Below are positions 8,284 to 19,600 of a stretch of DNA of 64,000 nucleotides, piece by piece. The DNA lies in assembly GCA_945874695.1 (NCBI GenBank), contig CAMCHP010000002.1, forward strand, positions 23,473-87,472. The letters are read 5' to 3'. Source of the DNA: Chryseobacterium gleum. Lineage in GTDB: Bacteria > Bacteroidota > Bacteroidia > Flavobacteriales_D > Sanyastnellaceae. Every line of letters begins with the position of its first letter. The stretch's first letter is position 1. The notes under the pieces were generated by a model that was given only the letters and a program-made list of their open reading frames with translations, was not told where the DNA came from and did not search any database. The position numbers were made by a program, and so were the translations under genes.

Positions 8284-9603
8284 TTACTTCACGTCTTGAG
8301 GTGCACTTTGGCGTGTGCCTGCTTTCGTTTTAAGCAAGTCTACTCCGATGTCTTTGCGGTAGTACATTCCGTCGAAATGTACCGCACGTACCGCCGCGTA
8401 AGCGGTGTCAAGCGCATCTTCTAAATTCGCCCCCAAAGCCGTCATGGCGATCACGCGGCCACCCGCCGTAACATCTTTGTCGCCTTGTTGCTTCGTTCCT
8501 GCATGGAACAATACCGCATCATCAGGCAAAGTGCTCACCGTAATTTCTCGGCCTTTCGGATAATTCCCCGGATAACCTTCCGAGGCAATTACAACCGTTG
8601 TAGCCGTGCGATCATCGAGTTGAAGGTCACACTCTGAAAGCGTACCGGTTGCAATGCCCTCAAACAGGTGCAACAAGTCTGACTTAATGCGTGGCAATAT
8701 CGCCTCTGTTTCAGGATCACCCAACCTGCAGTTGTACTCTATCACATAGGGGTCGCCCTGTACCTTCATCAATCCGAAAAAGATAAAGCCGGCGTAAGGA
8801 ATACCTTCCGCCTCTAAGCCCTTCACGGTAGGAATAATAATTTGGTTCTCAACCTTTTGCATAAACTCTGCGTTCACGAAGTGAACAGGAGAAACGGCGC
8901 CCATGCCCCCGGTATTCAATCCGGTGTCTCCTGCGCCAATGCGCTTGTAGTCTTTGGCTTCAGGCAAAATCTTGTAAGAATGCCCATCGGTAATCACAAA
9001 CATTGAAACCTCAATGCCCTTCAAAAACTCTTCGATCACCACTTTTTTTCCTGCTTTGCCAAAAGCTGAATCAAGCAGCATGCTGTTCACCGTTTGTTCT
9101 GCTTCTCGCAAGTCATTGGTAATGATCACGCCCTTGCCAGCGGCCAAGCCATCGGCCTTAATCACATATGGCGGCTTCAAGCTATCGAGAAAGGCGCGCA
9201 CCTCGCCAATGGATTTCTTATCGAAACTTTTATAACGCGCCGTGGGAATGTTATGGCGCTCCATAAAGCGCTTCGCAAACTCTTTGCTGCCTTCCAAGCG
9301 TGCACCCGATTTACTTGGACCAATCACGGTGACCTTTGCTAAATGGGGATTAGCTGCGAAAAAATCGAAGATGCCTTCAACCAAAGGTGCCTCTGGTCCC
9401 ACCACAACGATGTTGATTTCTTGCTGCAACACGAACTCGCCAATGGCCTTAAAATCAAGCGCATCCAAAGCTACGTTCGTGGCTACCTGTGATGTACCCG
9501 CATTGCCGGGTGCAACGAAGAGGGTCGAAAGAAATGAGCTTTGTGCGAGTTTCCATGCCAAGGCATGCTCGCGACCGCCTGAGCCCAAAATCAAAACATT
9601 CAT
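8284..9603 (-). CDS. purD: phosphoribosylamine--glycine ligase
   Basis: MNVLILGSGGREHALAWKL N-terminus and an ATP-grasp core, similar to PurD throughout, with a short C-terminal extension. Start taken at ATG 9603 rather than the track start at 9663. Confidence 0.95.
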   Translation of the reverse strand: MNVLILGSGGREHALAWKLAQSSFLSTLFVAPGNAGTSQVATNVALDALDFKAIGEFVLQQEINIVVVGPEAPLVEGIFDFFAANPHLAKVTVIGPSKSGARLEGSKEFAKRFMERHNIPTARYKSFDKKSIGEVRAFLDSLKPPYVIKADGLAAGKGVIITNDLREAEQTVNSMLLDSAFGKAGKKVVIEEFLKGIEVSMFVITDGHSYKILPEAKDYKRIGAGDTGLNTGGMGAVSPVHFVNAEFMQKVENQIIIPTVKGLEAEGIPYAGFIFFGLMKVQGDPYVIEYNCRLGDPETEAILPRIKSDLLHLFEGIATGTLSECDLQLDDRTATTVVIASEGYPGNYPKGREITVSTLPDDAVLFHAGTKQQGDKDVTAGGRVIAMTALGANLEDALDTAYAAVRAVHFDGMYYRKDIGVDLLKTKAGTRQSAPQDVK

Positions 9604-9620
9604 GTTACGTGTGTTTCGTG

Positions 9621-9628
9621 CAAAATTA
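9621..9628 (-). promoter_or_regulatory. candidate -7 box (TAATTTTG) for purD
   Basis: Exact TAnnTTTG on the minus strand, 17 nt upstream of the ATG at 9603. Confidence 0.4.
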
Positions 9629-9698
9629 GCACTTTGCAGGGGTGCACCAACACGGGTTTTCAACAGGTGTTGATCACGAGTGCTTACCTTCGCACAAA

Positions 9699-10478
9699 AT
9701 GAATTTGAAAAAAGCTACACTAGCGGTGGTTATTATCACCTTCAACGAGTCGAGAAACATCGCGCGTTGCATTCAATCTGTAAAGCCCATCGCAGACGAA
9801 ATCATCGTGCTTGATTCATTTTCAAAAGACGACACCTGCGAAATTGCACGTGATTTAGGTGCAAGGGTTGAACAACACGCGTTTGACGGGCATATTCAAC
9901 AAAAGAATCGCGCTTGGCAATTGGCGAGCTCAACTTGGGTTTTGAGCCTTGATGCCGACGAAGCACTCGACGAAGAATTATGCGCAAATATTGCCCGGGC
10001 ACTCACCAATGAAACCGCTGAAGTGAGCGGTTACACCATGAATCGGCTGACCAACTACTGTGGAAAGTGGGTGCGGCATTCGGGGTGGTATCCTGATACC
10101 AAATTGCGTTTATTCATCAAAGGTCACGGCGCATGGGGAGGTGTAAATCCGCACGACCGCTTTGATTTGCATGCCGAGCACAGTGCGCAGCATCTGAATG
10201 GCAACATTCTACACTACAGCTATTACACCCGTGAAGACCACTTGAAGCAAATCGAGTACTTCTCAAACATCGCGTCGAAAGAGCTTTATCAAAAAGGTAA
10301 GCGGGTGGGGCTGCCGCTGATTTATGCTAAGGTGGTGCTGCAGTTCTTGAAGACCTTTGTTTTTAAGGCGGGCTTTTTAGACGGCGCCACCGGCTTCACC
10401 ATTGCGCGTTTGAGCGCATTTGCGACCTACACGAAATATACGAAATTACGTGCACTTCATGCCCATGAGAACGCCTGA
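9699..10478 (+). CDS. family 2 glycosyltransferase (LPS-core type)
   Basis: N-terminal GT-A signature LAVVIITFNESRNIARCIQSV...IIVLDSFSKDDT and the DADE motif (LSLDADEAL). Start taken at ATG 9699. Confidence 0.85.
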   Translation: MNLKKATLAVVIITFNESRNIARCIQSVKPIADEIIVLDSFSKDDTCEIARDLGARVEQHAFDGHIQQKNRAWQLASSTWVLSLDADEALDEELCANIARALTNETAEVSGYTMNRLTNYCGKWVRHSGWYPDTKLRLFIKGHGAWGGVNPHDRFDLHAEHSAQHLNGNILHYSYYTREDHLKQIEYFSNIASKELYQKGKRVGLPLIYAKVVLQFLKTFVFKAGFLDGATGFTIARLSAFATYTKYTKLRALHAHENA

Positions 10479-11448
10479 AAACATTCTGATTTCACGCACC
10501 GATGGCATCGGCGATGTGGTTTTAACGCTGCCTTTAGCGGGCGCGCTGCGATCTGCGTTCCCACAGGCAACGATTCAGTTTTTGGGTCGGTCGTATACCG
10601 CACCAGTTGTTGCGGCATGTAAGAATATTGATCGTTTCTTGAACTGGGATGACGCGGGTAGCACCCCAAAAATGCAAACCGATTTCATCAAGGCAACCGG
10701 CGCTGACACCGTCATTCACGTTTTTCCGAGAAAAGAGGTTGTTGCTGCGGCCTTTGCGGCCGGATGCGCTACTCGTATCGGCACGGGGCGGCGTTTACAC
10801 ACGTTTCTGCGCGTAAACAAACCGCTTTGGTTCTCCCGCAAAGGATCGGATGCCCACGAAGCCCAGTTGAACTTGCGGATGCTTGAACCGCTTGGAATCT
10901 TTGCCGCTTCTGACGACGCAAGTATTGCTGCCAACTACGGGCTCGTGACCAATACCCAACCTCCCGCACACGCGAAGGCCTTTTGTGACAGTGGTTTTTC
11001 ACTGCTGTTGCACCCAAAATCGCACGGCAGCGCACTCGAATGGCCACTGGCGTCTTATGCCGAATTGATTCGGTTGGTAACAGCCCAAGGCGTTCGTGTG
11101 GGCATCACGGGCACCACGAGAGAACGCGAGGCAATGGGCGATCAATTGCCGTGGGATCTTGTTCATGACTTTGGCGGACGTTTGTCGCTGGAAGAATTGA
11201 TGGCCACCATTTCGCATTGCAACGGCTTGGTTGCCGCGAGCACAGGGCCTTTGCACTTGGCCGCTGCTTTTGGAATACATGCCTTGGGCTTGTATTCACC
11301 CAAGCGACCTATTTTCCCACAGCGTTGGCGACCAATTGGCGTTCACGCTGCGTATTTGGTTGATACTGAGCACCCCGAAGACGGTAGGCTGACCATTTCT
11401 CCGGCTCAGGTCGCCGAGCGAATTCTCGCATGGAAAGCCAATCTTTGA
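10459..11448 (+). CDS. family 9 glycosyltransferase (heptosyltransferase-like)
   Basis: ILISRTDGIGDVVLTLPL N-terminus is typical of GT9, with a GT-B C-terminal half (GPLHLAAAFG). The ATG at 10459 overlaps the end of the GT2 gene by 20 nt. Confidence 0.85.
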   Translation: MPMRTPENILISRTDGIGDVVLTLPLAGALRSAFPQATIQFLGRSYTAPVVAACKNIDRFLNWDDAGSTPKMQTDFIKATGADTVIHVFPRKEVVAAAFAAGCATRIGTGRRLHTFLRVNKPLWFSRKGSDAHEAQLNLRMLEPLGIFAASDDASIAANYGLVTNTQPPAHAKAFCDSGFSLLLHPKSHGSALEWPLASYAELIRLVTAQGVRVGITGTTREREAMGDQLPWDLVHDFGGRLSLEELMATISHCNGLVAASTGPLHLAAAFGIHALGLYSPKRPIFPQRWRPIGVHAAYLVDTEHPEDGRLTISPAQVAERILAWKANL

Positions 11449-12995
11449 GCCGCAAATAGGGCCGAAAAGAACGCAACCATGGTAACGCCTGCTTGGGTTT
11501 CAAGGGTATCTTCGGTGAGGTAACTCAGCGCCACAATTACGCAAAAGGCAGCAAATAAAAATCCGCGCTCTGTGACGGGAACCCCAAAGGGGATAAAGAG
11601 TGTAGCCATCAGCAAAAGCATTCCGAACACACCAAAGGCCATCCAAAACGTGAGGTATTGATTGTGGGCGCGCAATCTAAATTCGGCATACAACCGCGAA
11701 TCGATGGTGATGTAAGCATCATCCATGGCCGACTTCACATCGCCTGTTCCGACACCCAAAAGGGGCTTCTGTTCAATGACATGCCATGCGGCTCGCCAGA
11801 ATTCAATGCGTTGGGTGACAGAGTTACCGCTGGGGTTACCGCCATTCTGGAGCAGGGCGATTTCAAAAAAGATCTTATCGAGTCGCCGGCGCAGCCCAGA
11901 GTGTTCCATTTCAAGAACTGTAGGCATGCCTGCCTCAATGTTTGCAATGTCATGGGTGGTCAATTGCGACAGCCCTTCGGCGTCTTTGGGTAATCCGAGT
12001 GACGTCATGTAGCGCAGCAGGGTGCTGTACACTTGATGCCCGCGTGCATCGGCGCTGTCAAGCGGTAAATGGCTTCGTTCAGGCCAAGCCGCTGCCAACT
12101 CATCACGGGCAATATTGCGCCAAATGAAGTGCCCATTTTCGCGCAGTGTGTTCTCCAAATGATGCTCATACGGGGAGCCAAGCGCAGAGTGAGTTTGCAG
12201 TCCTTCTTTATGATTGACGGGAAGTTCGAAATAGTCGAAGGCGAGTTTGGTAATGTATGCACCCGCACCCAAAAAGAGCAATGGAACAGCGACGCGTAAT
12301 ACACGGCGTTGTGTTTTTCGAAGCACCGATGCTTCGGTCGACACCAAGAACAAGAACAGCACGGCGCATAACAACAGCACCCCAGTCATCGATTCAATGA
12401 CCCACAAAAAACTAATATTGAGCGCCATTACGACAATGGACAAAATGATGAGTCGGTGCTCTGAAATCCAGAGCAACAAAACAGTGGTTGACAACACAAG
12501 CAGCATGCTGAATCGGATGTGCGATATAAACACCGAAATGTCGCGCACGTTTTTGATTTCGCGGTCAACCAACCCAAGCGGAATTAACAGGCAGTAGAGG
12601 GCCGCCGCCGCGCAAGCAAGCACAAAAACTACCAGCATGCGCCGAAACACTTTTCCCTCGATGAGTTGTCCAGTGAAGAACACCACGGGAAAGAGAATCA
12701 AGGGTAGCTTAATCCTTACATCCCGCAGGGCATAGGTCCAGTCGCGGGTGTAAACCAATCCGACCACGTGAATGAGAAAAATGCCCGTCAGCAGCCAAAA
12801 AACGGGATTACCCAAGGCTCGCGACCAGCGAAACTTACGGGTTTGATAATCAGAAACGAGTTGGTCGATCACCCATGCGCCCAAGATCCAAAATGAGGCG
12901 AAGCTCATCGCAAAATTGGAAAATGGCAAGGCCATGGCCATGAGCAACAGGCCAATCTGATAAAGATAGGGAACGGCAATCCGAATGAAATTCAC
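11406..12995 (-). CDS. O-antigen ligase (Wzy_C) family membrane protein
   Basis: 529 aa with about 10-12 TM helices and a large loop. The HNQYLTFWMAFGVFGMLLL region is typical of O-antigen ligase-like proteins. GTG start at 12995, 3 nt after the upstream stop. The 3' end overlaps the convergent GT9 gene by 43 nt. Confidence 0.7.
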   Translation of the reverse strand: MNFIRIAVPYLYQIGLLLMAMALPFSNFAMSFASFWILGAWVIDQLVSDYQTRKFRWSRALGNPVFWLLTGIFLIHVVGLVYTRDWTYALRDVRIKLPLILFPVVFFTGQLIEGKVFRRMLVVFVLACAAAALYCLLIPLGLVDREIKNVRDISVFISHIRFSMLLVLSTTVLLLWISEHRLIILSIVVMALNISFLWVIESMTGVLLLCAVLFLFLVSTEASVLRKTQRRVLRVAVPLLFLGAGAYITKLAFDYFELPVNHKEGLQTHSALGSPYEHHLENTLRENGHFIWRNIARDELAAAWPERSHLPLDSADARGHQVYSTLLRYMTSLGLPKDAEGLSQLTTHDIANIEAGMPTVLEMEHSGLRRRLDKIFFEIALLQNGGNPSGNSVTQRIEFWRAAWHVIEQKPLLGVGTGDVKSAMDDAYITIDSRLYAEFRLRAHNQYLTFWMAFGVFGMLLLMATLFIPFGVPVTERGFLFAAFCVIVALSYLTEDTLETQAGVTMVAFFSALFAAQRLAFHARIRSAT

Positions 12996-12998
12996 GCC

Positions 12999-14654
12999 TT
13001 ACTTTCCTGCTTTACCTCCCAGAATCTGCTGGTATTCTGGTCCGAACACCTGCAATGCCCTTTCAACCACACGATCGTGACTCAAGGCGTAGCGAATCGT
13101 GCCCACCTGAAAGTGGTACCGCGATACAATTTCTTCTTCTAGGGCAAACTCAATTTGCTCTTTAAAGTGCTGTAAATCGTAGCTTTTCTCGGGTTTGAGT
13201 TTCGCTTCGAGCGACGCAAAAACATCTTGGGCGCGGTCATAGTATGCTTCGGCACGGGCGACTTCGGCCAACTCTTTGAACAGGGCTTCAGTTGCGGTGT
13301 CGTATTCAAAGCCTTGCGATAAGGCAAATTCGACAAACGCATCATAATCGGCTCCGATATCATAGCTGTCGGGTTCGCCAATTTCGGGATGTTCAAAGCG
13401 GTAACGCGTTGCATACTTGAATATGATGTGATTCCGCATCAATCCTGCCAAAATATTGCTCATATCTTCTTGTGGAACCTCCACATCGGGCGAAATACCT
13501 CGACCATCAAAAACGGTTCGGCCACCAGATGTCTTGAAAGGCTTAATCAGCGAGTCAGGAACTTCACTGACACCGGTTTCTTCATCGCGCGACGAATAGT
13601 CAAGTTTTTGAATGCAACGACCGCTTGGAATGTAATATTTCGCCACCGTGAGCTTAATCTTTGAATTGTAATTCAAATCTTTGGTTTGCTGAACCAGCCC
13701 TTTTCCAAATGTGCGATTGCCTACAACTACTGCGCGATCAAGGTCTTGCAGGGCACCACTTACAATTTCTGATGCACTGGCAGATTGTGGATCGATGAGC
13801 ACCACCAGCGGTAAATCCAGTGCAATGGGCTCGTTGAGCGCCACATGTTTTTTATTCCATTCTTCAAGTTTGCCCTTGGTGCTTACAATCTCTGTTCCCT
13901 TAGGCACGAAGAAGTTTACGATGGTAACCGCTTCACGCAACAATCCTCCACCATTTCCACGTAAATCAAGAACGAGTTGGGTCATGCCTTTTTGGTCACG
14001 CATCTCGGTGAGGGCTTTTCGAACTTCCGTAGAGGCCGTTTTGGTGAAGCCGCGCAAATGAATATAACCTGTTTGATCGTTGAGCATCCCGTAATAAGGC
14101 ACGTCGGGGATTTGCACATCTTTTCGCTCAACATCAAAGGTCAGGGGTTTATCTTCGCCGTACCGGCGGATGGTGATTTTCGCTAAAGTACCCGCTTGAC
14201 CTTTCAACAGCGTACTGACCTCTTCAGTGTCCATGTTTTTGACATCTTTTCCGTCGACTTGGAGCACCACGTCACCTGCAAGGATGCCTGCAGCGTGGGC
14301 AGGATTGCCCTCATAAGGCTCCATGATGGTGATTTCACCATCGATTGTATTCACTAGGGCACCTATACCTCCATATTGCCCGGTAGTCATGAAGCGGTAA
14401 TCTTCAATTTTCGATTCAGGATAGTAAACGGTATACGGATCGAGCGAACGCAACATGGCATCAATGCCTGTTTTCATCAGTTCGCCAGGCTTGGTTTCAT
14501 CAACATAGAAAATGTTCAGCTCACGGTAAACGGAGGTGAAAATCTCGATGTTTTTTGAAATTTCGAAGTAGTCGTCGGCTGCAACAAAGGCTAAGCCTGA
14601 GGTTGCCACGGCACCGAGGAGGATGAATTTCTTAAGGGGATTGAGTTTCATCAT
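12999..14654 (-). CDS. S41 family carboxy-terminal processing peptidase with PDZ domain
   Basis: PDZ segment GNPAHAAGILAGDVVLQVDGKDV. S41 core LDLRGNGGGLL and SASASEIVSGALQD. N-terminal signal/anchor. Confidence 0.92.
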   Translation of the reverse strand: MMKLNPLKKFILLGAVATSGLAFVAADDYFEISKNIEIFTSVYRELNIFYVDETKPGELMKTGIDAMLRSLDPYTVYYPESKIEDYRFMTTGQYGGIGALVNTIDGEITIMEPYEGNPAHAAGILAGDVVLQVDGKDVKNMDTEEVSTLLKGQAGTLAKITIRRYGEDKPLTFDVERKDVQIPDVPYYGMLNDQTGYIHLRGFTKTASTEVRKALTEMRDQKGMTQLVLDLRGNGGGLLREAVTIVNFFVPKGTEIVSTKGKLEEWNKKHVALNEPIALDLPLVVLIDPQSASASEIVSGALQDLDRAVVVGNRTFGKGLVQQTKDLNYNSKIKLTVAKYYIPSGRCIQKLDYSSRDEETGVSEVPDSLIKPFKTSGGRTVFDGRGISPDVEVPQEDMSNILAGLMRNHIIFKYATRYRFEHPEIGEPDSYDIGADYDAFVEFALSQGFEYDTATEALFKELAEVARAEAYYDRAQDVFASLEAKLKPEKSYDLQHFKEQIEFALEEEIVSRYHFQVGTIRYALSHDRVVERALQVFGPEYQQILGGKAGK

Positions 14655-15066
14655 GATCTATTGGTCGGTCGGGGAGGTTCGTCGACGGAAATTTAGGTAT
14701 ATCTTGAATTAAACGCTGGTTCAGCTCAGATATTTTAGTGTGGATTAAGCTCGCATCGGGCAGCTCTTTGCCAACGTAAAGATAGGCCAAAGCGAATTGA
14801 TGCTGTGCGGCGGCTGCAGTGTCGTTTACTTCGTGTTTGCTATGTCGCCATGCTTCGCGAAGCAGGCGCTTAATTCGATTGCGATCGGATGCGCGTTTGA
14901 ATGAGCGCTTACTGACATTTACAACGATTTGGGTCGGTACATCGAGCTCACAGGGCAGCACGAGCAAAATAAGCGGATAATCTTTGTAGGCCTTTCCGGT
15001 TTGAAAAAGCCGTTCAATGATTGTCCGATGCGTCAGCCGTTCACGTTTGCGAAGTGTAAATCGCAC
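14632..15066 (-). CDS. rnpA: ribonuclease P protein component
   Basis: RFTLRKRERL...KRSFKRASDRNRIKRLLREAWR matches the RnpA RNR motif region. The track ORF begins at a TTG at 15120, which overlaps hemD. An in-frame GTG at 15066 gives the typical MRFTL N-terminus, so the start is uncertain. Confidence 0.8.
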   Translation of the reverse strand: MRFTLRKRERLTHRTIIERLFQTGKAYKDYPLILLVLPCELDVPTQIVVNVSKRSFKRASDRNRIKRLLREAWRHSKHEVNDTAAAAQHQFALAYLYVGKELPDASLIHTKISELNQRLIQDIPKFPSTNLPDRPIDHDETQSP

Positions 15067-15091
15067 CTTTGAACCCTGAGTGCGGGTGTTG

Positions 15092-15838
15092 TTATCCTTT
15101 TCCGGTGATGTATTGTTCAATCGCCATGGACATTGATGGTGCTTTCGGGCTTGGTGCGCTCACATCCACACGTAAACCAGCATCTTCGGCTGCTTTAACG
15201 GTCGTTGGACCGAAGGCCGCGATGCGTGTTTCGTTTTGCTTGAAGTCAGGGAAGTTTTTGAAGAGCGACTCGATACCACCCGGCGAGAAAAACACGAGCA
15301 TATCGTACTTCACATCAGATAGGTCAGACAGGTCGCTGCACACCGTGCGGTACATCATGGCGCGGGTGTAATTAATTTTCGCTTCTTCGAGTGATTGAGG
15401 AATCGATGGCTTGAGCAAATCAGAGCAAGGAAGTAGAAACTTCTCACCTTTATGCTTTTTGATGGGATCCATCAGATCTGTGAAACGCGCTTGACCGGTG
15501 AAGATCTTGCGCTTGCGAAAGACCACGTATTTCTGAAGATAGAACGCAGTCGACTCGCCTAAACAGAAATACTTCATGGTATCGGGAACGGTGATACGCA
15601 ATTCAGTGCACATTCGGAAAAAGTGATCGACGGCATTGCGCGAGGTCATAATCACGGCAGTATGCTCGAGAATATTAACGCGCTCCTGTCTGAATTCCAT
15701 GGCTGGCACAGCCTCCACATGAATGAATGAGCGAAAATCGATCTTCAAGCTATGCTTTTCACTTAAATCGTGATAGGGCGACTTTTCGTTCGCGGGCTTC
15801 GGCTGAGAAATAAGGATAGTCTTTACTTTGCCTCCCAT
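15092..15838 (-). CDS. hemD: uroporphyrinogen-III synthase family protein
   Basis: 248 aa. ILISQPKP...SPY N-terminus and two-lobed HEM4-like pattern as in Bacteroidota HemD-like proteins. ATG start. Confidence 0.7.
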   Translation of the reverse strand: MGGKVKTILISQPKPANEKSPYHDLSEKHSLKIDFRSFIHVEAVPAMEFRQERVNILEHTAVIMTSRNAVDHFFRMCTELRITVPDTMKYFCLGESTAFYLQKYVVFRKRKIFTGQARFTDLMDPIKKHKGEKFLLPCSDLLKPSIPQSLEEAKINYTRAMMYRTVCSDLSDLSDVKYDMLVFFSPGGIESLFKNFPDFKQNETRIAAFGPTTVKAAEDAGLRVDVSAPSPKAPSMSMAIEQYITGKG

Positions 15839-15872
15839 ACTAGTCCATTGTTAGCTCATCCTCTTCTGAACT

Positions 15873-16619
15873 TTAGCACGCGCCATACACCGATAACCAG
15901 GCTTTGACCACAACCGCCAAGGGCAGAATTTCGAGTGTGCAAAGATACAAAATAATGTAATTGAGTGAGATTCGCTCCTGAATCGACGCGAGTACCCCCC
16001 GAATGATTCGTAACACATAGGCGCCACCAATCAAACAAGCTCCTGCAATCAGCAAGCCCATTTGGGTGGGGCCAGAAGACAAAGCAACCATGAGTGACAA
16101 AACCAGCAACGGCGCGGCCATCGTGAGGTTCAACAAAAGCGTGTTTCCCGTGTAAATACGCAGGGCCGAGGTGCCGTTTGTAAGCTCGTTCACCAAGGCA
16201 ATTGACACAAACTTCACACCATACATTAAACCAAGAATTAACAGTAATTTCAAAAATGCCCCCACCCCTTCAGGATAGCAAAGCAGCGGATTCGCCGTTA
16301 CATTCAGGTAAATATACCAGGCTAATGCAGCCAGCATGACTGGAAACAACAAGAGCATTTCAGGGCGGTACTCGAAATCGCCCTCTGCCATGGCCTGCCT
16401 TGTAATGCGGTAGTTGCTGAAATTCCAACGAATCATTTGCAAGAACGCCGGAAACTGCACCTTAATAACCGTTACGATGATCAATGCAATTACAAAAACC
16501 ACGCCCATCCACGGTTCAAAGAGGTGATCGACCGCCCTGATTTGCGGGTCAAATCGCACTTGGCTTAAGATGGGTGTGTTCATTGCAAAGCAAAGGTAGC
16601 GACTTCCCGCTGACTGCAT
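15873..16619 (-). CDS. multi-pass membrane protein, probably DUF4271
   Basis: About 6 TM helices. Sits directly upstream of the hemD-like gene, as I recall for DUF4271 in Bacteroidota. Alternative ATG at 16583. Confidence 0.55.
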   Translation of the reverse strand: MQSAGSRYLCFAMNTPILSQVRFDPQIRAVDHLFEPWMGVVFVIALIIVTVIKVQFPAFLQMIRWNFSNYRITRQAMAEGDFEYRPEMLLLFPVMLAALAWYIYLNVTANPLLCYPEGVGAFLKLLLILGLMYGVKFVSIALVNELTNGTSALRIYTGNTLLLNLTMAAPLLVLSLMVALSSGPTQMGLLIAGACLIGGAYVLRIIRGVLASIQERISLNYIILYLCTLEILPLAVVVKAWLSVYGAC

Positions 16620-19600
16620 TTAGTCAAGTCGATGTCCCAAAACCGTTGTGGCTTTTTCTGAAAGCACTTCGCCGTCGGGGTGAAAGGCTTCGAAGTATAT
16701 GATATAAATACCGATTCCCGACTTCAAACGCTGCTCATCAAAGCCATCCCAACTGTAGCTGCCCGTGGTGCCGAGTAAGCTGTTGACCACCAAACGGTTC
16801 ACGCGCCGACCGAGGTCATCATAAATGGTAATGTTACCCGTAAAGCCATCCCTCGGGAGGGTGTAACTGATGAGGCAGTTATCATCGAAGCCGTCGTTGT
16901 CAGGAGAAAACACTTCAGGTGCCACGCTCAAAAATCCGCCCGATAGGGCGAAAGCCAACTGACTGTTCGCATAACCCGGTGTTGCAAACCCTACGGGTTC
17001 GGCAGCACTGTGCCAATTCGTTTCGTCGGTACTTGAACGGTTAAAATCTAACCGCTCCAATGAAACGCCTTTTACATCGCGCAAGAGCGGGTAGTGCATA
17101 TCTTCGGTGTAGGGCACGCGGTCACTCACCTGCGAGGCCTGATCGGCCAGTACAACCACCCCATCTCCAATGTTGTAACTGGGCAGCGCCTCCATCTCAA
17201 AAATACGGTCTTCGGGCACGTTGGGGTAAAATGGCATCACACCCAGTTTCGAAGTTGTAAGTACAAGGTATTCTTCAGGATAAAGCACAAAGGGTATTTC
17301 ACCTACCGACTGAAAATTGTCAGCCACGCCATCTGTTTCATTCGCCAATTGCCAGCCTTGTATGCTGATGTTTTTCGATGAGTTATTGTAAATTTCTACG
17401 AAATCAACGCCGCCGTCAGCGAAGGGATTGAAGAGCATTTCATTGATGATGATGTCGCCCAATTCATGCGGCTCAGGCACCGCAAATCGGCCGTTCAGCG
17501 CTTGATCTGTTGACACGGTGTTGCCCCAACAGTCACTGATTTGACTCACACGACAGAGGTACACAACGCCCGCACTGAAACCGCCATTGAACAGCACTTG
17601 AATGATGCGGTTCTCGGCATTAAGCATGTAGGCTTGTGCGACCACATAATTCAAATTCGTAAATCCGCCAGCTCCATCATCGATGCCAATTTCGATGAAT
17701 ATATTCTCAGGAGACACGGGATCGAGTTGTTTGTCGAAATAAAGGTCGATAGAATTCGGGCTGCTCACAAGTACATAGCGCAAACCGGGCGGTGCGTCAT
17801 CGGGAATGGTGCTAAACACCGAGTTCACCGCACCGGCAGTATGTCCGTCAGCAGCTTGTGAAGCACGCCAGTTATCGATATCACTGCAAGGATGAGCGGG
17901 ATTGATGCGCTCGAGGCTGTAGCCTCCGCCATCGCGCGCAGGATCTTGGTACCAAGTATCGCTGTAGCTTACCACGTCGAGCACAGTATTACCATAACTC
18001 AAGGTAAGGGTACGCCCGCTGTTGGTAAGCGTAGGAAAGCCTGTCATACCTACAACATTTGCTATACCCGAAAAGGCGCCAACATCTTCACTTCGGGTAA
18101 GTACCCTGTACTCACCCGGGCCAATTAACCCGGTTTGTGTCAAAAAGGCTCCATCGAGGTCCAACGCGCCTAAATCTAAAACACGCGACCCCGTGTTGTA
18201 GATTTCAACATACTCCACATCAGGCGACGGTACGGTCGCAAGCGGAGCAGCCATGATTTCGTTGATAATCAACTCTCCGGGCTCGGGTTCAAAGCCGCGA
18301 ATTAGTTCTAATTCAATCGGATTGAGCAAAGCATTGCCACTGCAATCACTGATACCTGACACCGTTAGCAAGTAACTTTGGGCGAGTTCAAAATCGGTTT
18401 CAAACTGAATGTAGAGTGCTTCCCGATTGGCGGTAAGAAGCACGAATTGTTCTCCTAAGTCAGGCGTGAGCAGTACATCAACGTTTTCAGCAGCGTCTGC
18501 CGCCAAGGGTTCACTGAAATTCAATTGCACCGCATTGTTGCCCACATAAGCGAAGTTGAGCAGGCTCGGCGGGGTTAGGTCAGGACTCGCATCAAAAACG
18601 GTGTTTTGTGCTGCGGGTGTTCCGCCTTGAAATCCTTCGGCTGCAGACCAATTGAATGCGCCGCTGCATAGCGTGAACGGATTCTTGCGCTCAAGGGTAA
18701 TGCCGCCATTGCTTAATGCCGTATTGCCGTACCAGGATGTGTTGTAGCTCACCATATCGATGATGCTCGACTCTGGGCTGAGTAAGGTAAGGCTGTCGCC
18801 CGTATTGGTTAGTGTAACCCACGAGCTTACGCCAACGACATCGCCGTAGCCTTCGAATAGCGCGGCCTCTGTGCTGTTGCAAAGAATTACATACCCGCCG
18901 GGAAGAAGTAAATGCTCTGGCAAGGTTCTGCTGGTTGTGGTGTTCACGAGCATCCAACCGTTCAGGTTGAAAGCCAAATCAGAAGCATTGAAAAGCTCAA
19001 TAAATTCGGCTTCAGGTAAACCCAGAACGGGTGAAGGATCGGCCATGATTTCATTGATCACTACGTCTCCTTCGGTAGGGAGTGATGTCACCAAATACGT
19101 AAAAGTGGCCGCTGCACTGCCCAAGGTATTTCCAACGAGGTCTTCAACAGCTGATGCCGTTACGGTTAGCAATTGATTTGCGGGGAAGGCGTTGGCGAAG
19201 GTCAAATGCACGATTGTCGCATTGTTTTCATCCAACACCGCAGAAACCGGTACGCCAATGCCATCACTCACGGCGTAATTGGTGGCAAGCTCAGCGCTTG
19301 TCTGATCGAGGAACTCATTGAAAAAGAGACTCAATGTGTTCTCCCCCGTAGCCTGGGCACTTAACAATACCGGGGCCTCGGTGTCGGGCACAATCGGGCC
19401 AAAATACACATCGTCGAACTCGCAACCTGCTATATTGCTCGCGGTGTAGGTGCATGCAAATCCGAAAGCAGTTGAATTTTCATAGGTTTCATCAAATCCT
19501 GCGGCTTGCAATTGGTAATTGCTCCCTCCAGTCGGATCGGCGAGTACCTGCCAATTGCCTGCGTCGTCGCGCAACACCTTTACCCGAATTTCAAACGCAT

